A DNA stretch of 54,794 bases, the filler included, from Trypethelium eluteriae (lineage: Eukaryota): assembly GCA_051942245.1 (NCBI GenBank). It is 4 parts of 4 records of this genome, joined end to end, with 100 filler letters (N's around TTAATTAATTAA, not from the genome) between each part and the next. Parts side by side here need not be neighbours in the genome. Positions count along the whole stretch, not along the records: positions 1 to 13,643 come from JAVECL010000724.1; 3 more parts are not named here. The stretch is one strand, 5' to 3'. The notes beneath the pieces are model-generated. The model was not told where the DNA came from, did no database searches, and saw nothing but the letters and a program-made list of their open reading frames with translations. This document shows, piece after piece, positions 1 to 11,961 of this stretch; the first letter of the stretch is position 1; each line of letters opens with the position of its first letter. The translations under genes and the position numbers were made by a program.

Positions 1-84
1 GTCTTTGTTTTGCGTTGATGGAAGGGAGGGGACGAAATGAAAGTGGGAGTCATGATGGTTGCTAATGTGGGAGATATCGCACAG

Positions 85-259
85 ATTGAAGCTCAAGGTT
101 TATCGCAGCTTGGGCATCGACATCGAGCCGGATCGAGAGACGGGCGCGTACAACAAGGCGATCATACGGAATAGTCAGAAGGGAGACGTGCATGTGGTCA
201 ACATCGATCCGAAGTTCTCAAGGTTCTTCTACGCGAATTATTTTTGGCAAACGATGTAG
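85..259 (+). CDS. SPC24: Kinetochore NDC80-complex subunit Spc24, last exon only (5' part outside contig)
   Basis: After branch site GCTAAT (61-66) and acceptor CAG (82-84) the exon encodes [16 protein letters not shown]...[26 protein letters not shown], recognised as the C-terminal RWD domain of filamentous-fungal Spc24. Confidence 0.8.
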
Positions 260-585
260 AGGGACAATACGGAGTACAAAGATTTTTTGTGGAAAGGGTA
301 GGATTACGACATGGACGGACGTTATGAGAGAATCTGCATTGAAGTTGAAGTATTGGACGTATCAAGGAAGCGAACAGGTGTAGGGAGTGTGGCGTTAATA
401 ACTGCTTCGCATATACTCATACTGTACAAAACCGCACGTAGGAGTCTGAGACTATCCTACCGGGGCTTGCTCAAGTAATGCAATGCTTCATGCATTCATG
501 CATTCATGTTACCCTTGCCAGTTCGCTACCAGTCCTAACGCAATCCATTGTAATCGCTAAACACATAAAGCAAAATCATTACCTT

Positions 586-3500
586 TTAACGCTTCGTACC
601 CTTTTTCTTCGCAGCAACAACCTTGAAGTTGTTGGGCTCCTCCTTAGTAGCAGGCCCTTTCTTGGCCACCTCGCTCCATCCACCACTCTTATTTTCAGCT
701 GCCGAAGCCGGGGACGACGTACCGCTAGGATCGACCATTCCCCGGTCTGCGAGCTTACGGCGACGGATGAATTCATCAGCAAAGTGACGGCTATCAATCG
801 TTTGAGAAGACGAGTGCACAGCTTCGGTGATCATATCGCTGTCGGACGGGAGAGCCATAAGAGTTGCGACAAAATCGTCGACTGCGAATCATTAGCATCA
901 TAATCAGTGAAGTAGACGTTGTGTGCGACGTACCAGAAATATTGCCCTTCAAGTCTGGTCGTAGTTCAGTGATGGCCCACTTCTTGAACTCTTCCTGGGC
1001 ATTCGCCTGGCTGACCGCTCCTCCAATGGTTGCGCTTCGACTCGGCGTCGCTGTGGGCTTAGGGCGAGGAGCTGCCGCAGAAAGAGTAGCAGCACTGCTG
1101 GCGGCGCGATTCGCGGCTGGCGCGGTGGGCGGGGCAGTTGCCTTCGTCTTGCCATTTGCTCCCACTGTCGTCCAAGCACCTCCGCCAAGACTCGGCTGAG
1201 GAGCAGCGGTCTTGCTTGCGAGATCCGCATATCTCTTTCCGGATGACAAGGGAGGGGCAGTTCCAGAGCCTGCTGCTGCGGTCGATGACACCTTCGCTGC
1301 TGCGGCCAGTTTCTTGCGGGCCTCTTCTTCTTTCTGTATCTGAGCAAGTGTTTTTCCAGGACCAGCGCCCCCCGACCCTGTAGGTTTGCCTGCAAGAGGT
1401 TTTGCCCAAGCGGATGCTGCGGCGGAGCCTGGAGTGACGGGAGATTGCCCGCTGCCCCAAGTGGAACTCTGCGGTAGTCCAGGAGCAGGCTGTGGAGCCA
1501 TTTGTTGGACCATGAGGTCCTTTTCAAAGGCTGCCCGTCTGACCGCTGCTTCTTCTGCGTCACGTTGGGCCGCCTTCTTGGCCTCCAGTTCTTGAATTTC
1601 CTTGAGAGAAGGACCTTTTGGAGCTTCAGTAGATTCCTTTGCCCATGGTGCAATCGATGTTGGTGTCTCAACAGGAGTCTCTGAGCGCGAGCGTGATTCA
1701 GCGGATAAGGCCTCGGCAACATTGTGTCGGCTTCTCTGGGCTGCAGGCGCCGGCAAGGGTGATTGGGATGGAGGTGGAGGGAAAGGCTGAGGCATACCTG
1801 TTTCAACTTTGGCCCAAGGAGATTGAGGAACGGGTGACTGCTGAGCCGATGCAGCTTTCTGGACTTGCTCGGTAAGAGAGAGGGCTTCGGCAGGCAGTGA
1901 GTCTACTAATGCCAGGGTCCTTGGAGACGGCATTTGACCATGAGCCGTAGGTATCTGATTTTGTTCCTCGTTCACCTCTTGCTGTCGTTCCTGCTGGAAA
2001 GCGGCGCTTTGCTGACTTTGTGGTTGTCCAATCACTCCTTCCGTCGGTACTGTCGGCTCCTGCATCTGGCTAGCTCTCAACCCATGAAACTGCTGCAAAC
2101 GAGCGGCCGTAGTTTGCTCCTCTTGCTGATTGAAACGTGGCTGAGAGTCATACTCGGCTTGCTCGCGTTGAAGTCGTGAGCGGTCATTCAGCATCTGAGC
2201 CACTTGTTGCGAATGTGCGGGATCTTGCTGGGGATCAAATTGACCTGCCTGACCAGTGAATGGAGGTTGACTAGCCTGACTTTGGTTGCGACGTCCGAGT
2301 AAGCCCGATATTTCTTGATCTTTCATCCTATTGATTGCTTCCTGGTCCGATCCCATAGCCCCAGTAAATGTCGATGGCGCAGGTCGAAAAGAATTGTCAA
2401 AAAAACCAGGTCCACTTTGCGCAGTCTGAATCTGGGTTTGCGATGGTGACTGTTGATAACCACTGGGTGAGGTTATGCTGCCGAAGCTTGGCTGGCTCTG
2501 CAAGCTATGCGCGCTGGAGTGATGCTGCAATTGCTGAGGAATGGAACCAAGCGGACCAGACATCTGCATCTGCCTTTGATATTGGTGGTGCGCCTGTAAA
2601 TGTTCCTTCTGACGAGCCATAAGATATTGTTCCTCTTGTTTCCTCCTTTCCAGAGCGTTTTGCTGCTCGGCTGTGAGTGTAGTCCCGAAGCTAGGGAAGG
2701 CTGAAGCGAATGGGGGTTGACCTGTTGCTGTAGGCTGGCTTGTAGATGGGTTCTGTCCAGACCATGCGCTGGGACCACCACTTGGGGGACCATGAGGGAT
2801 GCCAATTTGCGGAACAAGGAATGGCTCGCGGGAGTTGCCAATGCGACGGATCAGTTGAGCAAGAGGCTCGTAGTCTGGATCTTCGTACTTCTTCACCAAC
2901 AGCTCCGGAGAGAAGAAGCCAGCTTTGTACCAATCATGCATTTCTAAACCAGACCATGGACCTTGTGTATTGCCCTGAGGATCTCGATAGATCCATCTCA
3001 TTCGGTCTGGCATTACCATGGTTCTTTGTTGAGCGGGTGGAGGTTGGCTGGAACCTGAACTTGCCGGGCCCTGACTTTGCCTTATGTCCGGCTGCTGAGG
3101 AGGGCGTTGTTGAGGGCCTTGATTAAATGATGCGGAAGCGCCCATGACTGAGGAACTGCCAGGCATACCTGCTTGGGGCTGTGGCTGACCATGTGGTTTG
3201 GCCCCTGTATCTCCAGGTGCAGATGCAGATCCCAGAATTTCATCAAATACGCCACGAGCAGCATGGAACGGACTGTCACTCTCTCTTCCCAGACCTGTGT
3301 CAAACCTGTGTTGCGCAGCAGCACCAAAGCTGCCAAGATTGCGGTCTCGGTTTTCACTACCAATGTTTTCCTCAAGTGGGCCAATGTCTTCTCGAGGTCG
3401 CATTTCGTCTTGCATAGCTGTTGGGAGGAGGGACCCTAGTCTACTCCCACGGGAGACATTGGCAGCTCCACCAAAGCCCATACCTGCGCCAGACCCGAAG

Positions 3501-5683
3501 ATATTACTGGGGCCGAGACCGGCGAGACTAGGCGATTGGACTTCTGCAGATGAGCCAAGGAAGTTGTCAGCAAAAGCATTGGTGCTTGTTCTCTCTCTCA
3601 GGGGGGTTCCTATAGGTGCACTGCTGCCCCACGTGCTGTTACCCAAGCCTGGCAAACCACCCAATCCGGTCAGATTAGGAAACTGTCTGTTCGGTCCGGC
3701 ACTTGACGTCTGGCTTCTATCGCTTTCAGGAGCCATGTGAGTTCGACCGAAGCCTCCAAGTCCACCAAGGGCAGAGAATCCCGGCAGACCCCCTTGATCA
3801 GCTGCATGGCTACCTAGGCCTGGTAAATGCGCAGCTTGAAGATCTGACTCGTCTACATCGGCGTCCTGTGGGTGTGTTTCTGGGCTCTGGAATGGGTTCG
3901 TATCGGTCGGGCTCATGGGCTCGAATGTACCAGCGCCGCTCTGCTGCTGGTTTGCGAGTTGTTGCAATTGATCACGGTTTTGCAGTATATCACGTAGTCC
4001 GCCCGGCAAATGGTCCGGAGTCATACCGAAAGCGGAAAAGCCATAATCATCTCTAGAATCTCCACGAGATGGTGTGCCGGAGGCAGCCCCTACTTGGGTT
4101 CGGGGAGGACTGATATCTTGGGCGCCTCCAAGAGCCGCACTTCCGGCACGAGCCCCTTCATCTGTGTCCATAGTGAGCGTACGATCCCGTCGTGCGTCCA
4201 TCCAAGCTTGCGGCTGATAAGTTTGGCCGCCCTCATCAATCTTCCCAAGCTCGCCAGCTGACTGCTTTTCCCTGATATTCCTATTCGCATCTTCATTATT
4301 GTCCTTGGACATGAGACCCTTAAATCTGCTTTGACCTCTTACGCTACCAAAACCTGTCCGGCTTTCGGCTGTGGATGTAGCTTGGGAGGCACCGATTGCG
4401 AAACTCCCGAAAGCGCCTCCTACAGGGTTGAATCCAGCACTTTGCGGGGTAGAAGACCAGGGCGAAGAAGGTGTAGTGAGTCCCGCACTTGACGGTCCTG
4501 TCGCGGTTCTCTTCAAAGTTCCTGTTGGTCCCGACTGGCCTGGTCCTTCTTCTCGAGGTTTATCCTTCTCTTTTTCCTCTGTATCTGGCGTTGATGTACC
4601 TTCTTTGAAATCGGTCCGCCTTCTTAAAAGTGAAGGTGGTGGTTGAGCCGGGTTGCCATCCTCCCTGAAGGATTTACTGCCAGTGGAAGGTGAAGTGACG
4701 GAGCTTGGAAAGGGATAAGATTCGCTTGGCTCCCGCCGTCTTGCACCAGATCGAGTAGCTGTAGGAGAGGCCAAGCCGAACGATGCAGGATTATTGGGGT
4801 CTCGTGTAATGGAGGATTTGCGAAGAGACAAGCCATCACGCGCCGAGCCATCTTTATTTGCATTCTGAGTTGGTGGTTTTATGGGTGAATTCACGCTCGT
4901 GGTAAAATGCTGGAAGTGTATTAGCCTGAGCCAGGGAAACTGGTCACGAAGTTCGAACCTCTTTCTCCTCCTCAGTCATTTCAATCAGACCCAATGGCTG
5001 TATACCTCCATTTGATTCCCAGCATATTTCAGCTCCATGGGGCAGCCCATTCAGACCCCTCTCCCTTGGCTCTAAATCACCATAGTTTGCTCCGTTCGTG
5101 TCCCGCCCATCCCATCCACCAACGAACAGAGCAGAGAGATCTTGAGCCTGATGGATGGCTTCTTGCTGTTGTTTGAGGAGGTCAAGAAGCTGATCTTTTG
5201 AATATCGCGCTTCAGCGGGAACACCATTACGACTGGAAGCTATATGAGGGGGAACGTAAATATTGGATGACGGTGTTGAGCCCTCTCTGGTATTTGGATT
5301 GATGGAGGACGCGGCGAGGGACGACCGACGAAATGTCTGGGTAGCCCCGTTTGTCCGTCGCGATCTTGAAAGGTTAGTGTGCGCCTTTCAAATCTGTTTT
5401 CTGGTGTGATAGCGTGTCGTCGCCACCAGGTGGAATCCTGGTAGCGATCCTCGCCTCGTCGTAGCTCAGTCTACAAGGAGGCTTGAATACTCCGTAGGTG
5501 GTTACTGGCATGATTCGTACCTTGACAGGCTGGAAACTTGCAGGTGTATACTGCCAAGGTGTGAAGGGGTAGGTGAAGACGAGGAAGAAAGATGGAGCGT
5601 GACACTTACCCGTCTCCACTGTCGGTCCGCGAGGGAGTCGAGTTGTTGCTCGCTGCCGCCGAAGCAAAAGTCGAAGGAGCCAT
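586..5683 (-). CDS. GYF-domain protein (Smy2/Syh1/GIGYF-like), 4 exons
   Basis: GYF motif WIYRDPQGNTQGPWSGLEMHDWYKAGFF in the 1366-aa ORF, followed by Q-rich regions and SLKEIQELE/TLAQIQKEEE motifs. Exons read by hand stay in frame: 5683-5610 (MAPSTFASAAA), 5364-4959 (NGATQTFRR...YSKDQLLDL), 4909-934, 881-586. All introns are GT..AG with CTAAC/CTAAT branch sites. Confidence 0.88.
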
Positions 5684-7962
5684 TGTGGAAGTTTGGATTC
5701 GAATGTACTTGATGGAACAAGCCTTACGAGGTGCTGCAGGGACTTTACAGGCCTGCAGGATTCAGCTATGCAATACAGTAGTGGGAAACGACTGGAAAAG
5801 GTTGTTATTTGCGTCGCGTGGGGTAACAAGTCAAGCAGATTGGCAATGACGCAAGATATCAGAGACGTGATTCGAGGCGTGGACACGTGAGGGTGTGGGA
5901 AAAAGTGGTCGAAGTGGTGAGGATCTCCAGGTCAAGATGCGGTTCCTGACTTCTCGCCGACGGAAAATGCCGATGGCTTGACCTAAACGGCCACCCACGC
6001 CACACTAACATCAAACACGAAAGCTCCCCTAATGCCCTCCTCTCGCCAGCCTGGTGAGCCCCACAAAACCCTCGCACTTTACCACCTCACGCGTCGCCTT
6101 CTCCAGTCTCCGACTCTCGTCGGGTTTGTGATTCGAGATCTACGTTGGCGAGCACGCAAGCTTCCTGACCATTCGGTGCGGTAAACCGTATTTAGGGGCA
6201 GCGTGAACGGCAGGAACCAATTATAAAGAGATGGAAGCTCCAAGCGCAGCGCAACGTCCCCGCTCCCAAGCCATTACAATCTCCACGGCGAGACTACCCA
6301 AATGAGAAAACAGATGTCTACGCTCGTAGAAACAAGCCATTTCGACACCTCGAGCCCGCCGTCGGGATCAGTACACCACCGGTATTAGCAAGCCAAAGTC
6401 GTTGATCCAAGGTATTTCTGATGGGTGCTAGCTGGTGTTCGGAATTCTCTATGTATTTGGCCAGCCTGGCAAGGACGTCTCGTCGAAGAATGATACAGCC
6501 AGCTCGATTTTTCTCGTTGCCTCTCATGCGAGGTGTCTTGGGCCGAACACTCTTGTGTCTGCTGCGCTGGCCATCCGGTCGAGCAAAATCGACAATCGCC
6601 CTGGACAGGCTCTCCCTCACGTCTATAGTCCTTTTGCACCTGTTGAGCGTTGTCTCCCAGTATTCTAGGACTTGTGAAGGAGGAGCTGTTCATGTTCACC
6701 GAATTTGGAAGACGTATCCAGAGCGAGCGCACGGACCTTTTCCCACTACCTTACAACTCAAGTGGAGGTCGTCACTTCAACGATTGAGTTGGCCGTGGAA
6801 TGTCTTCATTTAGTGCAGGTATAAGTATGGCCTCACCAACTCCTAGTCCACTAGCATTGCTTAGTGATAGCGCATATGGGCTGTTCGGTGCCGCTAGAGT
6901 CGCCTCGAATGCGGTGATTTAAGGGAGGTTAAGTCTTGTTCCAAATCTGCTATTATTTTCTTTTGATAGTCGCAACTCCAAGTGTTTTTCTTCTTCCATC
7001 CTCATTGCCTTGTTGCATCTGCTCCAATGCTTGCTCGCATCAGAGCTGCATGTGAAAAGCAATATTACAACTACTCTACTGCGCATCCTTTCTGCAGCTC
7101 TAAGTCGCTGTTCCGAATTTCTACGTCCCGGTACAACTCGCGCCTGTCTTTGATGGATCTAATCCCAAGGAATATAGGCTAAATTTGTGAGGATTATGCC
7201 ATGCACTAACCGTCTCACGATATTAATGCGTTTTTCTTTTTCAGTTCAGCAAAAGGACCAGATTTGGGTTAAAACATGAGCCAACATCATGGGGGTTTCA
7301 TTCACCTACCACCACCGATGTATCGACTCGAGGGGCCCCTGCATATCGTCTGTCGCCTTGTGCCGAATGTTTGTTACTGGCTGGTCCATCACTTCACAGA
7401 ACTGAAACCATGTACATCTTCCATCTCCTTCATTTCTTCCATCATGGGTGATAGCCGAGCCGATAGACCTCCTGGATAACTAAAGACAATGAACATGACC
7501 AGCTTTCTTGCTTACTGCGATGTTCCTCGAAGAGAGTTCGTGCTTCACTTGATTCACTTCTAAAGGGCGGAATTGAGTAAGTCTAATGCTGCTTATCGAC
7601 ATATTCTTATTGAGAGATTTCAGTCAGATACCGGCAAGTTGCTGTTTTCGGACTTACAGTAAATGACAGATAATTTACGGCTGATACAAAACTAATGCGT
7701 GTCAAGCACGCGGCATTAATTGACAATGGGGGGTTCCAGACAAATTTTTCCATCAGAGAGCTAATTACAGAAAGATACTGCTTCGACAGTACATAGCATA
7801 CCTGTTCCCAAATGAGGCTAACAACCGCAGAACCTTCGAAGTAATAGCCGTCGACTGTCTTATTTACCTTCTACTTCGTTACTGTCCGTATTTGCCCACG
7901 AGTCTCTACCTTGGGCCTTACAGCTTTTGTCAAGTTTTCAGCCAGTCATTTGCAATCACAGG

Positions 7963-9798
7963 ATGGATAGTCAATACCACTCTGTACAAGATTTTGAATT
8001 TCAGGAGACTTTGGACAAGGCCTTGGCCTCCGACAACGTGGATGCTGTTGCTACTGGCGATACTGATCACTTACTTAACGTCATTCGCCCACGAAGTTGG
8101 AAATTCGGCTTCAGCTCCCATATGCCCATCCTTGAACTCCTAGCCGTGATGAGCTCATTGCTGCTTGCCGCACTAAGCGCCTTTATCCTCGTCTATTCTC
8201 GTGGCAAGCCTATCGACACTTGGAATCCTACTCCCGCAGTCTATCTATCAATAATTTCTACTGTTTTCAACAACATCATGCGTTACGCTGTGGCAAAAGG
8301 TCTCGTAATATCCTGGTGGAATCGGGCTCTGCGGGGAACGACCTTGAAAGACTTACATCTTACACGGGAATATGGGACAAGCATGAAATCAGTATTTCTG
8401 ACCCCCTCTCTTGGATTCAGCAAAGTGCGCCTTACAGGTATTTTTGCTTCTCTTCTGGCTGCTACTGGACCATTGTTGCAAAGAGCGTCCACCATCGTTA
8501 CAGTTCAGCAGATCCTTCCTGCACAAGCAAATCTCCCTATACGTCTACAGCCTATGTGGAATCTCAAGTCATACTTCAATGAAAACAACCACGATTCGAT
8601 CAAATTCTATCAACCAGAGATGGGGAATGCTCTGTTGGGAATGACCAACAAGCTGCCGATGAACGTGCCAACCAATGCTACGTGTGACGCCATCTGTTAC
8701 ACAAACGTTACCATTGCGGGCTTTGACAGAGACTGCAGCGCGGGCCGAGGTTCTCTGATGGATATGCCTGTGACCAAGGAGATGACTCAATTTGTGGGAC
8801 AATATGCCGTAGATCGATCTGATTACATTCCCCAATTCCAGGTCCTCACGGAATTTGGTGGGGGGCAAACCGGCGATAACTTCACCATCAACTCCTTGTT
8901 CTACGACGACATCACTGGTGGTACAGTCCAGACTTATAATTGCTCTGTTCGGCCGGCTTTCATCCAACTTAGCCTAAACATAATGAACGGCAGTATAAGT
9001 ATTAACCAGGACGCGGACTGGACGCGGAGTAGAACGCTGAGCTTTTACGACCAGACCCTTCCTCCGGGAATGTATACAATTGCACCTTTTGGCCAAGCCA
9101 TCAGTGATATTTACGACTCTCTCGCCTACTTGGAAATTGAGGATCAAACATATTACTTTCAAGGCGTTAGTGCTCGGAAGTACACCAATGAATCAACACT
9201 ATCCGTGAATATAAATCAAACTTTTCATGGCTTCGCGGTGATAGGCTTCACCAATCCCCTACCTGACCTTCTTACTTCACTTGATGAGCTTTCTCTCAGG
9301 TACGCAATGCAGACTATTCCGGCACTAACGGGAGGGAGATTGTTTGAGTATCAGAGCTACAACTATCTGACAAATTTTGAGCAAGCCGTTAACAACACGG
9401 CGCACTCCTACCCTCAATTTGACTTTGGGACGAGTCAGAATGTTTCTATGGATGCTGTGTCCCAGAAGGTGGTCTTCGAGTTCAATTGGAACTTTCTGGC
9501 CGCTGCCCTTGCCGTAATATTGCTTAACATTATCGGCGCGCTGACTGCGCTTTCGGGATGGAGGACGATAGGTCGTGGGGTTAGCATGTCGCCTCTCGAA
9601 CTTGCGAGGGCCTTTGATCCGGAAATTCTCCATGAAGCCGGAAGCAACATGACTGCTAAGGAGATCGTGGAGGTTACAGGATCACGACGTGTGCGGTATG
9701 GAGCTGTGGCCACTTCTAGTGGAGAGTCTCGAAGACGCCTGGCCGTGACTACAGAGACAGAGGCAAGCTCCCCGATTCAAGGAGCTAAGTATTACTAA
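7963..9798 (+). CDS. DUF3176-like fungal membrane glycoprotein, intronless
   Basis: Long ORF, first ATG at 7963. N-terminal hydrophobic helices with the pattern GKPIDTW...AVYLSIISTV...ISWWNRALRGTTLKDLH, a middle region rich in N-x-S/T sequons, and a C-terminal TM followed by GWRTIGRGVSMSPLELARAF, typical of this family. Confidence 0.7.
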   Translation: MDSQYHSVQDFEFQETLDKALASDNVDAVATGDTDHLLNVIRPRSWKFGFSSHMPILELLAVMSSLLLAALSAFILVYSRGKPIDTWNPTPAVYLSIISTVFNNIMRYAVAKGLVISWWNRALRGTTLKDLHLTREYGTSMKSVFLTPSLGFSKVRLTGIFASLLAATGPLLQRASTIVTVQQILPAQANLPIRLQPMWNLKSYFNENNHDSIKFYQPEMGNALLGMTNKLPMNVPTNATCDAICYTNVTIAGFDRDCSAGRGSLMDMPVTKEMTQFVGQYAVDRSDYIPQFQVLTEFGGGQTGDNFTINSLFYDDITGGTVQTYNCSVRPAFIQLSLNIMNGSISINQDADWTRSRTLSFYDQTLPPGMYTIAPFGQAISDIYDSLAYLEIEDQTYYFQGVSARKYTNESTLSVNINQTFHGFAVIGFTNPLPDLLTSLDELSLRYAMQTIPALTGGRLFEYQSYNYLTNFEQAVNNTAHSYPQFDFGTSQNVSMDAVSQKVVFEFNWNFLAAALAVILLNIIGALTALSGWRTIGRGVSMSPLELARAFDPEILHEAGSNMTAKEIVEVTGSRRVRYGAVATSSGESRRRLAVTTETEASSPIQGAKYY

Positions 9799-10795
9799 GC
9801 CCTCAATCATTACACATGCTAGTGGAAACTGGTTCCAGCTTGCAAGAATTCGTGGGCACAAGGGATTGGCAGAATTCGTGGGCCCAGAGAATGCGCTACC
9901 TCCACAGGGTTCGGGGACCCTCGGGGAAACTTCTGGAAACATTGGCTTTGCACTACAGACTGAAAGGACTCGATTCAGACAAAGAGCTAAGGGAAAAAAT
10001 GCAAGAAGAGCTAACTGGATGGTGGAATAGACCCATTCTTGTTTCGTACGAGCCAGGAGTCCCCCAGCGGAAATGCCCACAAATTCTGACACTCTTCGGT
10101 GGAGTATCTTGAGGATTTCTGGGTCTCCTTTACTCTGTGATATTTAACGGTCACCTCCGGAGTTTGCTGCGCAAATCTTCGATCTGTTTGCTCCAGTTCA
10201 CGGGGGATACGATTGGTGCAATGTTCGACCAATCGCAGTATTTCTTTGCGTCTACCTCCGGCTGCGGCTTCCGCCTGGAGACTTTGTCAAACAAGTTCCC
10301 CAACAACTTTTCGCGTACCATCTATTCTGACGCTATTAAGGGTTGCTGCTTTCAACTCCTCTCCTCCGGAATCGCGGCTTGTGTGGCAGTAAGCTCTTGC
10401 GACCATTGCTCCTGGTCACCTGCGTCAAAGATCAGCCATCCGGAGGAGCACTTCTTGTTTGTAAGACTAAATCTGTTTAGTGTGGGCGTTTGTAGTTGTA
10501 TTTGTGCTGCTGCAGCAAGGATTTTGCTGGCTGTCCTAATCTCAACAAGAGGCACTTCCACTCAAAAATGTCTCTGCAAGATGTGCTGTTCCTTCACGCT
10601 TCCCACGCAATGCCACCTTAAGTATCTGGCTCTTCCTCTTTCCCAGTTTGGACTAATTTTATCATTCCCCATATCACATCAGTATTTCTCTCTACCTTTC
10701 TTCATTGAGTAGTGAAACCCTAAAGATCTGAACTTTTCACTTTTCAAGTTCTGCACCATATCCTCGACAAGGCTCTCACAGGTTTACTTCCGGGA

Positions 10796-11464
10796 ATGCT
10801 CACAAGATGTCCAAGGCCTCCTCGGCCTGGAGTAGACTATTGTTCGCCTCACGAAGCGTTGCGCACACAAGCTTCTATGGTCCCTCCTCATCTGCGTGAA
10901 GCGCTCTTCCCAGGTTATCGTGACCCTGGCTTTATGGGTTATGGGCCATTACCTGCAGGCGGGTTCGGTGGGCTACATGGCAGCAACCATCTTCCATTTG
11001 GACCATATGATTCAATGGGGCCGCGTATGCCCTACCACTCCAGGCGACCGCGTGGCGGGAATGGTATACGAAGAGGTTATCCTTTCTTGGACGACGACAG
11101 TGAGTACGAGGATGACCTGCGATACTTCTCCCCAAGGTCTGTATATCGTCCGATCAGTATCTAAGACAATGTCTGCTGACTCTTATGACTGCATCGAAGG
11201 CATGGACGATATAGACCCGGAGAAATCCAGCGCTTCAACTATTTCTCCAGTCGCCGCAGACCCGGGCTTCACGGCTTATCGCGTTATTATGATCCGTATC
11301 GTGATGGTTACGACAGCGATAGTACAATGAGTCGCATGTATGACGACGATTATGATTCGGACTACATGTCTCCTTTCAGCCGTGACGACTACTTCGACGA
11401 CTACGATGACGGCTTCTACCGCTCGCGCAGGAGATCTCGTATGGGCAGAGGAGGGCGTTATTGA
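10796..11464 (+). CDS. Hypothetical low-complexity protein rich in R/G/Y/D/P; true start may lie upstream
   Basis: ORF 10796-11135, candidate intron GTCTGT..GCTGAC..AAG (~11136-11199), then a second exon that stays open to TGA at 11462-11464 (RHGRYRPG...DDYFDDYDDGFYRSRRRSRMGRGGRY*). No family recognised. Confidence 0.55.
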
Positions 11465-11961
11465 ACAGCCCCATGGGATATTTGCTCACAACTGTTGTTA
11501 TAAGGTTTTCTCTTTGTCCCCTAACGAAGTAAGCCAGATACAAGAACTGTAGTCAGAGGTTATGGACGCTCGTTACCCAGTTCAACAAAGGCCTGCAGAA
11601 TCGAGAATAGAAGTTCATGTTGTTGAGTGACGCAATGCATTACATTTGTCCCCAATCTGAACTGCATCTCGCGTTGTGGATATTCTTCCCCGATAGGGAA
11701 GAGCTGCTCTGTTAACCGCTGAGCGCGCCAGTTTTGTGGAGTGATGTTATGTATTTACCTAGCCTATGTATTCCACATGAACATAACATAACCGAGAATC
11801 CAACGCTGGTCTTGATAAAGAAAACAGGCGAGAGCTCCCAATAACGCCATCTACCTGGAGACAAGAATCCTGGTCGTGTGTAGCATTGAGAAAGACGCGC
11901 GAGAACAGTAACGCTATTCACTGTCTAACAGAACACTCTTTCCCAAAGCAAGCTGAATACC

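Noticed and set aside
949..4863. Many overlapping alternative-frame and antisense ORFs over the GYF gene (likewise over exgD, VID27, VAC14 and MCM4)
   Set aside because: Shadow ORFs expected from GC-rich or biased coding sequence, with no recognisable motifs.
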